Below, piece after piece: positions 39,112 to 49,009 of a stretch of 64,000 bases of DNA (within the stretch, counting starts at the first letter, position 1; every line of letters begins with the position of its first letter). Source of the DNA: Bacteroidota bacterium (GTDB lineage: Bacteria; Bacteroidota; Ignavibacteria; SZUA-365); assembly GCA_014860565.1 (NCBI GenBank), contig JACZJN010000068.1, positions 122,447 to 186,446 on the forward strand, read 5' to 3'. The position numbers and the translations under genes are program-made. Below the pieces are notes generated by a model, which worked only from the letters and a program-made list of their open reading frames with translations, was not told the origin of the DNA and did no database searches.

Positions 39112-39573
39112 ATGAAAAAGCTCACGTATACCCTGTTTGCATTGCTCGTCATCTGTGCAGTTCCGAGCGCCCTGTTCGCAGAGACCATCAATCCCCCGCT
39201 CTCCCCCGAAAGACAGGAAATAATCAAGACGAACATTATCGCAGGTCTGCAGCATTCATCCCAGGAAGTACAGGCAGATTACGTGCAGCTTATGATCGAT
39301 CTGAAACGCGCCTATCCCCAGTACAACTTCAACTATGCCATCATCCCTCTGATGGACAAACTGAAAAACGAAGACAATTGCGGAATGCGCATCCTCGCCG
39401 CACTGGCACTATACGAATTTCAGGATTCCCGCATGGGCCGCTTCGCAGTGGAGCAGACAATTGACCACTGCAAATCACAGCGCCTTGCGAAGTTCTGCCA
39501 GACCCTGATCCGCAAATGGGACAAGCGTACCGAGCGGGCCGTCTACACAGCGCAGGTTGTCTATCCTTTCTGA
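39112..39573 (+). CDS. Secreted small helical (HEAT-like) hypothetical protein
   Basis: Signal peptide MKKL...LFA. HEAT-like segment AIIPLMDKLKNEDNCGMRILAALALYEF. Confidence 0.65.
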   Translation: MKKLTYTLFALLVICAVPSALFAETINPPLSPERQEIIKTNIIAGLQHSSQEVQADYVQLMIDLKRAYPQYNFNYAIIPLMDKLKNEDNCGMRILAALALYEFQDSRMGRFAVEQTIDHCKSQRLAKFCQTLIRKWDKRTERAVYTAQVVYPF

Positions 39574-39620
39574 TCTCGCTGGAAGCGGCATCCCCCTCTG
39601 AAAAATGTGCAGTACAATCG

Positions 39621-39655
39621 AAGAGGCTGTCTTCAAAAAAGACAGCCTCTTTTTT
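39621..39655 (+). terminator. Intrinsic terminator between convergent genes
   Basis: Perfect 13-bp stem AAGAGGCTGTCTT-CAAA-AAGACAGCCTCTT followed by a T run. Confidence 0.88.
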
Positions 39656-39693
39656 ATGTTCATGTACGTGCGTGCAATGTGGATCATCCCCTT

Positions 39694-40296
39694 TCAGGAG
39701 ATCGGCTTCGGGACATCGCCGATCATTCCAAGCAGAGTAAGGAAGTTTCTGATCATAAGCGCAGTGGCCCCCCAGATTGTTTCCCCGTCCCATGGATAGA
39801 AAAACACTTCACGGTTGACGCCCTCGTGCCGAATGAACTGACGCTGTACGGTCGTATCATCGGCAAAGAATGAGAGCGGAACCGTGAACAGGCGCGTCAC
39901 TTCGGCAGGATTCGGCTGCAGTCCTTCCGCGTCGGGAAGTACCCCCACGACCGGAGAAATGACGAATCCCGTCGGCGTCCAGATATCGTCGTGACATCCG
40001 AGCACTTCAACCCGCGATTCATCGAGACCGATTTCTTCATGTGCCTCCCGCAATGCGGTTTGCATGCAATTCTCCCCTTCGTCCACGCTGCCGCCGGGGA
40101 AGGCAATCTGTCCGCGGTGATGCGGCAAATCACTGTTTCGCCTCGTCAGCAATATTTCCCAGTCACCGCTCACAGGAATGAGCGGCAGCAGCACGGCGGC
40201 GCGTCTGAATCCATCGCGATGCTGCAGGCGCCGGTTGATGGAGGCCAGCTGTTCGCGGATGAAATCAAGAGACGGGAACGGTGACTGCACGATCAA
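39694..40296 (-). CDS. Nudix CoA pyrophosphatase (NudL-like)
   Basis: AAVLLPL, HRGQIAFPGG, TALREAHEEIGL, NPAEV, IWGATA. Confidence 0.9.
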   Translation of the reverse strand: MIVQSPFPSLDFIREQLASINRRLQHRDGFRRAAVLLPLIPVSGDWEILLTRRNSDLPHHRGQIAFPGGSVDEGENCMQTALREAHEEIGLDESRVEVLGCHDDIWTPTGFVISPVVGVLPDAEGLQPNPAEVTRLFTVPLSFFADDTTVQRQFIRHEGVNREVFFYPWDGETIWGATALMIRNFLTLLGMIGDVPKPIS

Positions 40297-41168
40297 TCCT
40301 TTCGCTCCGTGATATTGAATGAGATATCCAGTGCGCGCACAGAATGCGTCAGCGCGCCGACGGAGATCATATCCACGCCGGATTCAGCAATCCCCCGCAC
40401 CGTCTGTTCGCTCACATTCCCCGAGGCCTCGATTTTCACTCCGGGCTTTCGTGAGCGAATGAGCTTCACGGCTGTCGCCATTTCATCAATGGAGAAATTA
40501 TCCAGCATGATGATATCTACTCCCTCGCAGGAAATCGCTTCGATGACCTGATTCAAATCCGCGACTTCCACTTCGACCTTGATTTTCCTGTCGGGGCCGA
40601 GCCGGCCGACGACGAGTTCCACCGCGGAAGCGAGTCCACCCGCGGAAGCGATGTGATTGTCTTTGATCAGCACCATATCGTCCAGCCCGAAACGATGGTT
40701 GGTGCCGCGGCCGTGCTTAACGGCCAGCTTGTCGAATGCGCGCAGTCCTGGAACCGTTTTTCGCGTATCGAGAATCTGAACGTCCGTGCCGTCCACCAGC
40801 TTCACGAATGCGGCGGTCGCGGTCGCAATGCCCGACATCCGCTGCAGGAAATTGAGCGCCACGCGCTCCGCCGTCAGCATCGAAGCAAGGTTGCCGTGCA
40901 CGACGGCGATATCAGCGCCTCGCAGTACCGGCATCCCGTCGGTGTACTTCGCATCGATCACGAGGTCCGGATCCATAAGGTGAAAGACGGTTGCCGCCAC
41001 CTCGATGCCCGAGAGGATCCCGTTCGCCTTGGATGTGAAAATCCCCTCGCCCTGCAAATCTGTCGGGACAGTACATTCCGTGGTGATATCGCCGATGCCC
41101 ACGTCCTCGCGGAGAGCGGTCTCTAGACGTTGAAGCATTGTGCTGTCATGCAGGATGGAAAGTCTCAT
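40293..41168 (-). CDS. nadC: Quinolinate phosphoribosyltransferase
   Basis: EDVGIGDITT, AERVALNFLQRMSGIAT, DTRKTVPG, HRFGLDDMVLIKDNH, IMLDNF, ISVGALTHS. Confidence 0.97.
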   Translation of the reverse strand: MRLSILHDSTMLQRLETALREDVGIGDITTECTVPTDLQGEGIFTSKANGILSGIEVAATVFHLMDPDLVIDAKYTDGMPVLRGADIAVVHGNLASMLTAERVALNFLQRMSGIATATAAFVKLVDGTDVQILDTRKTVPGLRAFDKLAVKHGRGTNHRFGLDDMVLIKDNHIASAGGLASAVELVVGRLGPDRKIKVEVEVADLNQVIEAISCEGVDIIMLDNFSIDEMATAVKLIRSRKPGVKIEASGNVSEQTVRGIAESGVDMISVGALTHSVRALDISFNITERKD

Positions 41169-41737
41169 ATACGTCCTGTGCGTTTGTATTCGAGATATGA
41201 ACGGAAGTCCAATCCCCGCTCGATATCCTTGTGCTTCCGGTACTGCTCCACGTAGAACTGATAATTGCCGGCGGACTCCCGCAAACGCGCCCGCTCATCC
41301 TCCCGCAGAGGGCGGATCACCCTGGCCGGCACTCCGGCGACCAATGAACCGGGAGGCACCTCAAATCCCTCGAGAACGACTGCACCGGCAGCGACGAGCG
41401 ACTCAGTGCCGACGGTTGCGTTGTCGAGTACCTTGGCACCCATGCCGATCAGGCAGGCATCGCCGATCGTGCATGCATGCAGTATCGCACCATGTCCCAC
41501 GGTCACATCCGCACCGACGGTGAGCGGATATTTCTTCCAGGTTTCGTGCAGGGTACAATTGTCCTGAATGTTGGTGCGCTCCCCGATGGTTACTCGGTGA
41601 ACGTCCCCGCGAATCACGGTTCCGAACCAGATGCTTGCATCCGCGGCGATATGGACATCGCCGATTACGACGACGTCTTCGGTCATGAACACACTGGGAT
41701 GAATTTCAGGGTACCTGCCCTGGTACGGATAGATCAT
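41165..41737 (-). CDS. Gamma carbonic anhydrase-family (YrdA/CaiE-like) left-handed beta-helix protein
   Basis: IRGD, NIQDNCTLH, VGHGAILHAC motifs. Confidence 0.9.
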   Translation of the reverse strand: MIYPYQGRYPEIHPSVFMTEDVVVIGDVHIAADASIWFGTVIRGDVHRVTIGERTNIQDNCTLHETWKKYPLTVGADVTVGHGAILHACTIGDACLIGMGAKVLDNATVGTESLVAAGAVVLEGFEVPPGSLVAGVPARVIRPLREDERARLRESAGNYQFYVEQYRKHKDIERGLDFRSYLEYKRTGRI

Positions 41738-41755
41738 TCCACTACCTCGGTCGTT

Positions 41756-42673
41756 TTAGTCCGTCGCGCGAGGGGGCTTCCACCCCTTGCGCTTCCATTT
41801 GACAAGTTCGATGTGTACGCTCCCGATCAGGACGTGCATTTTCGCCCGAATGGGAATGGCAGCGGCATCATCGCTGAACCAGCCCTCGAAACCTCCCGTC
41901 AGTCCGAATATTCCCGTGAAGCCGGTTTCGCCCTCGAGCTTCCGGCAGCGGATATCATAATCCACTGCATCGATATCCTCCTCCTCTTTCTCGACACCGA
42001 AGTGAATGGTCGTCGTGGCCTTCGTCAGATACATCAGGACCGGAACATGACGGTTCTGTGTGGTATGTGCGTAGGCGCGCGCGAAGAAAAACAGCGACAA
42101 CCCGTCCTGCCAGCGTTTGCCTTCAAGATACAGAGTGTCCTTTTTATCCCAACTCGGGTCGTTGTCGAAGGTCTCCGAAACAACGACGCGGTTCTGGTTT
42201 TTCGGGAAGCTGTATTCGATGTATTTGTATGCAGAGTCTTCCGGGAAGAATTCCTTGTTCCTGAAGAACACGGATTCGAGGGAATCTCCCATGACGGTCT
42301 GAAACAGCGTGTTGAGCGTGACGAACGGCACGCCGCGATATGTGCGGATGAGACATTCAGCGGCGATGCGCCGACGTCCGTGAGCGGTATCGACCGAGGT
42401 GAGGCGGGTACTGATGCTTCCGAGCCCCATGCCGAGATAGCTTACTTCGTAGAGGAGTTCCTCACCGGCCTGAAACACCTGAATATTCGGCGTGGAGAGT
42501 GGGAAAGGCAGCGGACGTTCGCCCTGTTGACAGGCGAGCGGAGTGCTCGAAGCGAGAAACGCGAGCAGCGCTGTGAATACCAATCCGGCACGCGCCGCCA
42601 ATCGGTGCGATGGGAAAAAGGAAACGTGGTTCCCTTGGAAACCACGTTTCAGCCGATGTTCGGAACGCTTCAA
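41756..42673 (-). CDS. DUF3108-like secreted protein (start uncertain)
   Basis: GEELLYEVSYLGMGLG...WFSDDAAAIPIRAKMHVLIGSVHIEL. TTG at 42673, just after the ctpA stop, assumed as start. Confidence 0.6.
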   Translation of the reverse strand: MKRSEHRLKRGFQGNHVSFFPSHRLAARAGLVFTALLAFLASSTPLACQQGERPLPFPLSTPNIQVFQAGEELLYEVSYLGMGLGSISTRLTSVDTAHGRRRIAAECLIRTYRGVPFVTLNTLFQTVMGDSLESVFFRNKEFFPEDSAYKYIEYSFPKNQNRVVVSETFDNDPSWDKKDTLYLEGKRWQDGLSLFFFARAYAHTTQNRHVPVLMYLTKATTTIHFGVEKEEEDIDAVDYDIRCRKLEGETGFTGIFGLTGGFEGWFSDDAAAIPIRAKMHVLIGSVHIELVKWKRKGWKPPRATD

Positions 42674-42683
42674 GATAGTTTGA

Positions 42684-44285
42684 TCAGCGAAGTCCTGCGA
42701 TTTTCTTTGCTTCAGGGAAGAGTGTGAGCGCCTTCTGGAACTGGGGATCGATATCCAGAAGAACGCGGAACTGCCCCTCGTTGCCGTAAAGTGTCCGCGC
42801 AACCTGCGCTTCGATCGAGGCACGCAGCCATTCCTTGTCCACATTGTATTCGTCCTCGTTGAACTCGACGCCGCGCGTCTTTCCGAATTCGATGAAATCC
42901 TTCATCATGCTGTCGCTGACATTGAAGTCGGCGGCAAACTGCTTGGCATCGGCTTTCTCGAATTTTGTACGGAGCTGTGCGCCGGCCTTGTCGAGGTAGG
43001 ATGTCGTGAATTCAAAAATATGCAGGCGCATATGCATCGCATATGCTTTCAGCGGATCATATCCCACAATGTAATCGGGTGTGATGCCGCCGCCGCCATA
43101 GACCACGCGGCCACCGTCGGTCTTGTACTTGGGACGCGTGCTGTCGGCTTCTTCGGTATGCGCAATGTTGTCGCCTGCCTCTTCCTCGCGGTCATAGGCA
43201 CCGCGATAGTATTCCTCATCCGTCCCGTCGTAGGGACGCTGGATGATGCGTCCGCTTGGTGTGTAATACCGCGCCGTAGTCAGCCGGAATGCGGAACCGT
43301 CCGAAAGCTCGAACTGCCGCTGCACAAGTCCCTTTCCGAAGGACGTTTCTCCGACGATGAGGCCGCGGTCATGATCCTGCACCGCACCGGCGACGATTTC
43401 GCTTGCGGAGGCGCTTCCGTTGTTCAGCAGCACGATGAGCGGCAGATCCTGGAACTCGCCACCGCCGGTCGCATTGAAGTTTTCATCGAAATCCGCGCGC
43501 CGTCCCTTGGTATAAACGATCTTCTGCCCACGGCCGAGGAATTCATTCGCCATGCGGAAACTCTGCTCGAGATAGCCGCCGGGATTACTGCGGAGGTCGA
43601 GCACGAGTTTCGTCATGCCCTTTGCCTTCATGTCGCGGAGTCCGTTGAGAAACTCGTCATATGTGTTTGCCGCGAAACGGTTGATGCTCATATACCCGAC
43701 GCCCTCGTCGAGCATGAACGACGCGTTGACGCTGTAGAGAGGAATCTTGTCGCGGGTGATCGTGATGTCGATCGGGGAGGTAATTCCGGCACGCATGACG
43801 CCAACCGTGACCTTGGTCCCCTTCTCGCCGCGCAGCTTCTTCTGCACATCATCGTTCTGAATCTTGACGGAGCTTTCTCCGTCGATCATGACGATTTTAT
43901 CCCCGGCCAGCATCCCGACTTTCTCGGAAGGTCCACCGTAGATGACGTTTGCCACGGTAATCGTATCGTTAACGATGCGGAATTCTATGCCGACGCCTTC
44001 GAAGCTGCCCTTGAAATCTTCCTGCACCTTTTCAAGCTGCTTGGGGCTGATGTATACGGAGTGGGGGTCCAGCGACTTGAGCATTCCTTCGATGGCATGC
44101 GTCACAAGGTCACCGACCTTCACCTCGTCGACGTAATACTTCTGCGTGTAGTTGAGCACATCCTTAAACTTGTTGAACTGTTCGTAGATGTTGTCTTCGG
44201 AAATGGCACGAATCTGCGTGCCCATGAAAATGCCGAAGACAAGCAGGATGAAAACGCTCACTACGGAAAATTTCTGCTTGAACAT
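42684..44285 (-). CDS. ctpA: S41-family C-terminal processing protease with PDZ domain
   Basis: LKSLDPHSVY, GVGIEF, PDZ, LDLRSNPGG, SASASEIVAGAVQD, SFGKGLVQ, RYYTPSGR. Confidence 0.93.
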   Translation of the reverse strand: MFKQKFSVVSVFILLVFGIFMGTQIRAISEDNIYEQFNKFKDVLNYTQKYYVDEVKVGDLVTHAIEGMLKSLDPHSVYISPKQLEKVQEDFKGSFEGVGIEFRIVNDTITVANVIYGGPSEKVGMLAGDKIVMIDGESSVKIQNDDVQKKLRGEKGTKVTVGVMRAGITSPIDITITRDKIPLYSVNASFMLDEGVGYMSINRFAANTYDEFLNGLRDMKAKGMTKLVLDLRSNPGGYLEQSFRMANEFLGRGQKIVYTKGRRADFDENFNATGGGEFQDLPLIVLLNNGSASASEIVAGAVQDHDRGLIVGETSFGKGLVQRQFELSDGSAFRLTTARYYTPSGRIIQRPYDGTDEEYYRGAYDREEEAGDNIAHTEEADSTRPKYKTDGGRVVYGGGGITPDYIVGYDPLKAYAMHMRLHIFEFTTSYLDKAGAQLRTKFEKADAKQFAADFNVSDSMMKDFIEFGKTRGVEFNEDEYNVDKEWLRASIEAQVARTLYGNEGQFRVLLDIDPQFQKALTLFPEAKKIAGLR

Positions 44286-44322
44286 AACGACGGCCTCTAT
44301 ATCGGATGATCGTTTACGAAAA

Positions 44323-44364
44323 AAACTATTAATGCAGTGTACGCATTGCCTTGATTGAAATCAA
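44323..44364 (-). promoter_or_regulatory. FNR/Crp-family box with class II promoter geometry
   Basis: TTGAT-TGAA-ATCAA at 44351-44364. Minus-strand -10 TAGTTT at 44328-44323 places the box centre at -41.5. Confidence 0.6.
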
Positions 44365-44497
44365 TGTGCTTTTCGGTGCACAAAGCCGGTGCGGAATCCA
44401 CCAATCCGAACCCGGGTTGAGCGGTTTCGGTTCCGCGACCACAGTTCCATCACCACTGAGAAAACGTGGCGTGGAATAGCCCTTGCACAGCAGCGGG

Positions 44498-45319
44498 CTA
44501 GGTTGCCTTCCGCACGATGCGGATTCCGATGTCGCGGCTCGGGATGGTCGGCTTGAGCATCGACCGGAAGGACGACCGGCAGCCGAATTCGTACACGAAA
44601 TAGGATCCACCACGGCAGACGCGCTCGGAACCACCGGTGGGCCCCAGGGGATTATTATTCTCTCCGCTGCTGTAGTAATCGGATTTGTACCAGTCCCAGC
44701 ACCACTCGAACACGTTGCCGTGCGTATCGTGCAGCCCGAAGCTGTTGGCGTCCTTCTGCCCGACATCGTGTGTTCCGCCTGCCGCATTGCCGGAATACCA
44801 GCCCGCCCGAGCCAGATCGGTTTCGGCGTTGCCGGTGTAATAGGAAGTCGCGGTGCCTGCCTTGCAGGCGTATTCCCACTCAGCTTCGGTGGGGAGACGA
44901 TACCCGTTGGCGTTCATGTTGACCTGCACGCTGCCGCTGATATCGGTATAGCAGGGTTCATATCCCTCTTTCACCGACAGAGCGTTGCAGAATTCGAGCG
45001 CTTTGAACCAGGTGACATTTTCGACCGGATGGTTGTCCCCCTTGATGATGCTCGGGTTCTCGCCCATGACCGTCTGATACATTTTCTGCGTGATCTCGTA
45101 TTTGCAGATGAAGAATCCATTGAGCGAAACCGTACGGGTTGGTTTTTCCTCTCCGACACCGTCGCCTCTCTGATCACCCATCGTGAAACTGCCCGCGGGG
45201 ATCAGTACCATCGGAACGTCGGAGCTGGCAGGATCGTCTCCGTCGTCACTGCAGCCGGAAAAGGGGATGCTCGCCGCCACTATCAAAAGAGTAACAGCCA
45301 GGAATGTTGGTATTTTCAT
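44498..45319 (-). CDS. FGE-sulfatase (SUMF1/PvdO-like) domain lipoprotein
   Basis: Lipobox FSGC. IPAGSFTMGD, YRLPTEAEWEYAC, NSFGLHDTHGNVFEWC, RGGSY. Confidence 0.88.
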   Translation of the reverse strand: MKIPTFLAVTLLIVAASIPFSGCSDDGDDPASSDVPMVLIPAGSFTMGDQRGDGVGEEKPTRTVSLNGFFICKYEITQKMYQTVMGENPSIIKGDNHPVENVTWFKALEFCNALSVKEGYEPCYTDISGSVQVNMNANGYRLPTEAEWEYACKAGTATSYYTGNAETDLARAGWYSGNAAGGTHDVGQKDANSFGLHDTHGNVFEWCWDWYKSDYYSSGENNNPLGPTGGSERVCRGGSYFVYEFGCRSSFRSMLKPTIPSRDIGIRIVRKAT

Positions 45320-45379
45320 GCCAAAACCTCGCGTAATAACCATTGGGAAAAAAGTCTCATAATCAAAAAGATACGGAAT

Positions 45380-46102
45380 TCAGCGCACGGCTTCCCACTC
45401 TTCGCTGGAAGATTTGTTGCGGAAAATCACGGCCAGCGCATTGCGTGACCAGCCCCAGAGGATGTGCAGGTATCCGTATTTCCTGAAGCGTCGCGGAGAT
45501 TCGTACACGGTCACTCCAGGAATCATTTTGATACTCCCGTGTGCGCGCACCCGGCGAAAAAGGTCATAATCCTCACCCGCCACCATCGATGCGTTGTATC
45601 CCCCGACACGGCGGAACATTTCCGCGGTCAGTATCTGGCATTCGCCCCGGCCCATTCCTTCTCCGATGAGGTTGAGGAAACGGACATAGCTGTTATGCCA
45701 GAGATGGAAGAGGCGGTCCGCGAATATTTCCTCTTCGGGGAACACGTGCACGACGCTGGTCACACCCGCGATGCGCGGATCGGCGGTGAGGCGCGCGGCC
45801 TCCGCCAGAAAACGGTCCGCATCGCTGATGCGAACATCGGCGTTGATGAAAACCAGTACGTCACCCCTTGCGGCGGCGGCACCGCAATTCCGGCCCTCGG
45901 CAATGGTCTGACGCCGATCCTCCTCATGACGGACGACAATAGCGTCCAGGCTGCGTGCGATATCCACGGTGCCGTCGCTGCTGCCCCCGTCGCTGACGAT
46001 GATCTCGGCGTCCCGGCGCTCGAGCAGATCGGTTGGGAAATGTTCAAGTATCCGCGGAAGCAATTTTGCTTCGTTATAGGCGGGAATGATGATGCTGATC
46101 AA
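45380..46102 (-). CDS. Glycosyltransferase family 2
   Basis: SIIIPAYNE, VSDGGSSDGT, RNCGA, FINAD, GEDYDL, ESPRRF. Confidence 0.9.
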   Translation of the reverse strand: MISIIIPAYNEAKLLPRILEHFPTDLLERRDAEIIVSDGGSSDGTVDIARSLDAIVVRHEEDRRQTIAEGRNCGAAAARGDVLVFINADVRISDADRFLAEAARLTADPRIAGVTSVVHVFPEEEIFADRLFHLWHNSYVRFLNLIGEGMGRGECQILTAEMFRRVGGYNASMVAGEDYDLFRRVRAHGSIKMIPGVTVYESPRRFRKYGYLHILWGWSRNALAVIFRNKSSSEEWEAVR

Positions 46103-46117
46103 CGCCGCGTATCCCTT

Positions 46118-47113
46118 TCAGAAATACAGTCCATAACTCACGAAATTCGGTGAGATCCGAATTGCGGGAGAAGGGAAATGGATAAAGTTGAGACCCTCCT
46201 TCAGCGCGACGAGCAGCCAACTGTCGCCCGGGATGATCTTCGTCATGTCGTAGTCGAGCGCCAGGATAATGTTGCGTTCAAGAGGATTTCCGTAAATGAC
46301 ATTTCCATCCACGCGCATCGGCATGTTCCGTACCGACACGCCAACCGCTATGCCGAGCCACTCGGGCCAGTAGGGCTTCCAGGAGCGCGGCAGCAATCCA
46401 TGCACGTGCACTCCCATCCAGAAGGTCTGCCCTTCGTAGTCGTCAATCATGTTTCCATCGTGATTCCCGTCGAGAAGCGCCTGCGAAGGGAAATACGAGA
46501 ATTTCGGATGCACATGTTCGAGTCCGGGAATGTAATATTGGGCCAGCGGCCACGCCGCGCCCACGACGTCCGCCGTCGCATCGCCGGGACTGAACCCCCA
46601 GTCCTGTGCGAAGCCGTCCTCGAATTCCACGTACAGTTCGAAAAGCGCACCCATGGCAAAGCCACCCCAGAGCGCGGTACTCCTTGACGCGCCGGACCAC
46701 TCCAGCGACTTCCTTCCGAGGAAGGTACCGACGGCCCCCCCGAAGAAGTGGCCGGCTTTATCGACGTTCAGCGCGTACTCGTTGTCCGACTGGAAGTGGA
46801 AACTCGTGCGCTGATCCTTCCACCATGCGTTCTGCTGATAGATGTGTATGCCCGTGACGGTGGCGCCCAACACACCGCCCACGATCGCGGCACGATCCCA
46901 TTGCCAGTGTGACTCGTTCGGGTCATAGCCGTCGAACGGCACCGGCGGCTTGAGGCTGTCCTGCTCAAGTGCAACGGAAGTTTGGGTGGGCTCTTCTGTC
47001 CCCTGTTCCTGCGCATGAAGCACAGCTTCAAGTGGAAGAAAAAGGAGAAAAACGATAAGCAGGCGTTGACGCACGATGACTTTATTTGTGTGAAGAAATG
47101 CTGTTTCGGGCAC
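46118..47113 (-). CDS. DUF2279/YfiM-like protein
   Basis: WWKDQRTSFHF, DKAGHF, GFSPGDATAD, DYEGQTFW. Confidence 0.75.
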   Translation of the reverse strand: MPETAFLHTNKVIVRQRLLIVFLLFLPLEAVLHAQEQGTEEPTQTSVALEQDSLKPPVPFDGYDPNESHWQWDRAAIVGGVLGATVTGIHIYQQNAWWKDQRTSFHFQSDNEYALNVDKAGHFFGGAVGTFLGRKSLEWSGASRSTALWGGFAMGALFELYVEFEDGFAQDWGFSPGDATADVVGAAWPLAQYYIPGLEHVHPKFSYFPSQALLDGNHDGNMIDDYEGQTFWMGVHVHGLLPRSWKPYWPEWLGIAVGVSVRNMPMRVDGNVIYGNPLERNIILALDYDMTKIIPGDSWLLVALKEGLNFIHFPSPAIRISPNFVSYGLYF

Positions 47114-47185
47114 ATTCTATGTAATGTAGCATCACCGGCAGAGGTGTACAAGTCGATTTTCAGCGCGAATTTACTACATTCACAC

Positions 47186-48313
47186 ATGGATCAGATTCCG
47201 AATCAGCACACACCACCCACTGCGACGGCAGCGGGCCCCAATCTCTTCGGAGAAACACTCGAGGAACTGCGTGAAACCTGCGCCTCCTCCGGTCTTCCCC
47301 GATTCCGCGGCGACCAGCTTTTTCACTGGTTATATCGTCGCGGTGTGACCTCGTTCACTGAGTGCGCGAACCTGCCCATACCCCTGCGTGAAACCCTCGC
47401 CGCACAATACGTCATCCGCCATCCGGAAATCGTGCAGGAACAGCGAAGCAGCGACGGAACGAGGAAGTTTCTCCTGCGGCTGGCGGACGGACGCGATATC
47501 GAGACGGTACTGATTCCATCGGAGAGTGAAGACGAGGGACAGCCGCGACGGCTGACGATTTGCGTTTCCACGCAGGTGGGTTGTCCGCTCGACTGCAAAT
47601 TCTGCGCAACTGCCTCGATGAAGCTCAAGAGGAATCTCACCCCGGGAGAGATATTCGGGCAGTACCTGGCCGTGCAGCAGCGCACCGATCAGCGCATTAC
47701 CAACCTGGTGTTCATGGGCATGGGCGAACCGCTGCTCAATTATGAAAACGTGATGCGGTCCGTCGACATTCTCACACATGAGAAAACCGAAGGGATCGCG
47801 GCGAGCCATATTACGCTCTCCACGGCGGGACTCGTCGAAGGTATCCGCCGCATGGCGAACGAAGAGCGGAAAATCAAACTCGCGGTCTCGCTGCATGCCA
47901 CCACGGACGAGTTGCGTCGGCGTCTTATGCCGATCAACAAGAAGCACCCGCTCGACGAGATTCTCTCCGCCATCGAATATTACTATCAGCACACACGTCG
48001 GCGCATCACCTGGGAGTACATTCTCTTCGACGGACTCAATGACAGCGAACTGGATGCGCGACGGCTTGCGCGTCTTTCACGACGCGTGCCGAGCAAGGTG
48101 AACATCATTCCCTTTCATCCCATCGCGTCCGCCTACCCTGACGGATTGCCCCTCGCACTGCTCTCTCCACCGCGAGCGCATATCGAGGAATTCGCCCGGC
48201 AGCTGCGCGAAATGCGTGTAACCGTCATGCTCCGCTCCAGTTCCGGCAAGGACATCGACGCCGCCTGCGGACAGCTGGCGGTGCGGCACGCCGATACCGG
48301 CGGTGTGCGGTGA
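47186..48313 (+). CDS. rlmN: 23S rRNA/tRNA m2A radical SAM methyltransferase
   Basis: CVSTQVGCPLDCKFC, VFMGMGEP, SLHA, VNIIPF, DIDAACGQL. ATG at 47186. Confidence 0.96.
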   Translation: MDQIPNQHTPPTATAAGPNLFGETLEELRETCASSGLPRFRGDQLFHWLYRRGVTSFTECANLPIPLRETLAAQYVIRHPEIVQEQRSSDGTRKFLLRLADGRDIETVLIPSESEDEGQPRRLTICVSTQVGCPLDCKFCATASMKLKRNLTPGEIFGQYLAVQQRTDQRITNLVFMGMGEPLLNYENVMRSVDILTHEKTEGIAASHITLSTAGLVEGIRRMANEERKIKLAVSLHATTDELRRRLMPINKKHPLDEILSAIEYYYQHTRRRITWEYILFDGLNDSELDARRLARLSRRVPSKVNIIPFHPIASAYPDGLPLALLSPPRAHIEEFARQLREMRVTVMLRSSSGKDIDAACGQLAVRHADTGGVR

Positions 48314-48445
48314 GCCACATGATGACCTCTATCCAAAGATCATCGAAGATATCTGATTTGTTCCCTGTCTGAAAATCCGTACTTTCTTTGCTTAAAATTC
48401 CCTTTCGCTCATCACGCAGAACCTATCCATTACTTCGAGGACGAC

Positions 48446-49000
48446 ATGCGGCTTCTGATATTTGGACCTCCCGGTGCGGGCAAAGGAACACAGTCCCTGA
48501 TTATTTCGAAGCATTACAGCATCCCTCACATCTCCACCGGAGACCTCTTCCGGGAACACATCCAGAACAATACGCAGTTGGGTATCGAAGCCAAACGGTA
48601 TTCCGAGGCCGGGGAACTGGTTCCGGACGTCGTGACCAATGAGATGGTGCGGACACGCCTTCTTCAAGCGGACACTGCACACGGCTTCCTGCTTGACGGA
48701 TTCCCACGCACCCCCTCGCAGGCTGAAGCACTCAATGTGATGATGCCCGACGGTACGCATATTCATGCTGTTTTGAACATGATCGTCCCCGAGGAGGAAC
48801 TGCTCAAACGGCTCAGCACCCGCGGGCGCCAGGATGACGAATTGGAGACCATCCGGCGGCGCCTCCGCATCTATCACGACACAACGGAACCGCTCGCGGA
48901 ATATTATCGCGGAAAGGGCATTCTGCTCGATATCATCGGCGTCGGTACCATCGAAGACATTACAAAGCAAATCATAGACGGCGTCGAAAGCCTGAGGTAG
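48446..49000 (+). CDS. adk: Adenylate kinase (short, LID-less type)
   Basis: GPPGAGKGTQ, HISTGDLFR, GELVPD, LDGFPRT, GRQDDE; 184 aa. Confidence 0.95.
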   Translation: MRLLIFGPPGAGKGTQSLIISKHYSIPHISTGDLFREHIQNNTQLGIEAKRYSEAGELVPDVVTNEMVRTRLLQADTAHGFLLDGFPRTPSQAEALNVMMPDGTHIHAVLNMIVPEEELLKRLSTRGRQDDELETIRRRLRIYHDTTEPLAEYYRGKGILLDIIGVGTIEDITKQIIDGVESLR

Positions 49001-49009
49001 GATTATCCC

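Noticed and set aside
41165-41737. The LbH protein as the missing GlmU acetyltransferase half
   Set aside because: It has the gamma-carbonic-anhydrase His ligands (TLH, GH...LH) and lies 15 kb away in another operon.
44498-45319. FGE-sulfatase lipoprotein as a diversity-generating retroelement target or a true formylglycine-generating enzyme
   Set aside because: No reverse transcriptase and no second copy of its 3' end (template repeat) are seen in the window. The FGE catalytic Cys pair is absent (RGGSYFVYEFGCR has a single Cys).
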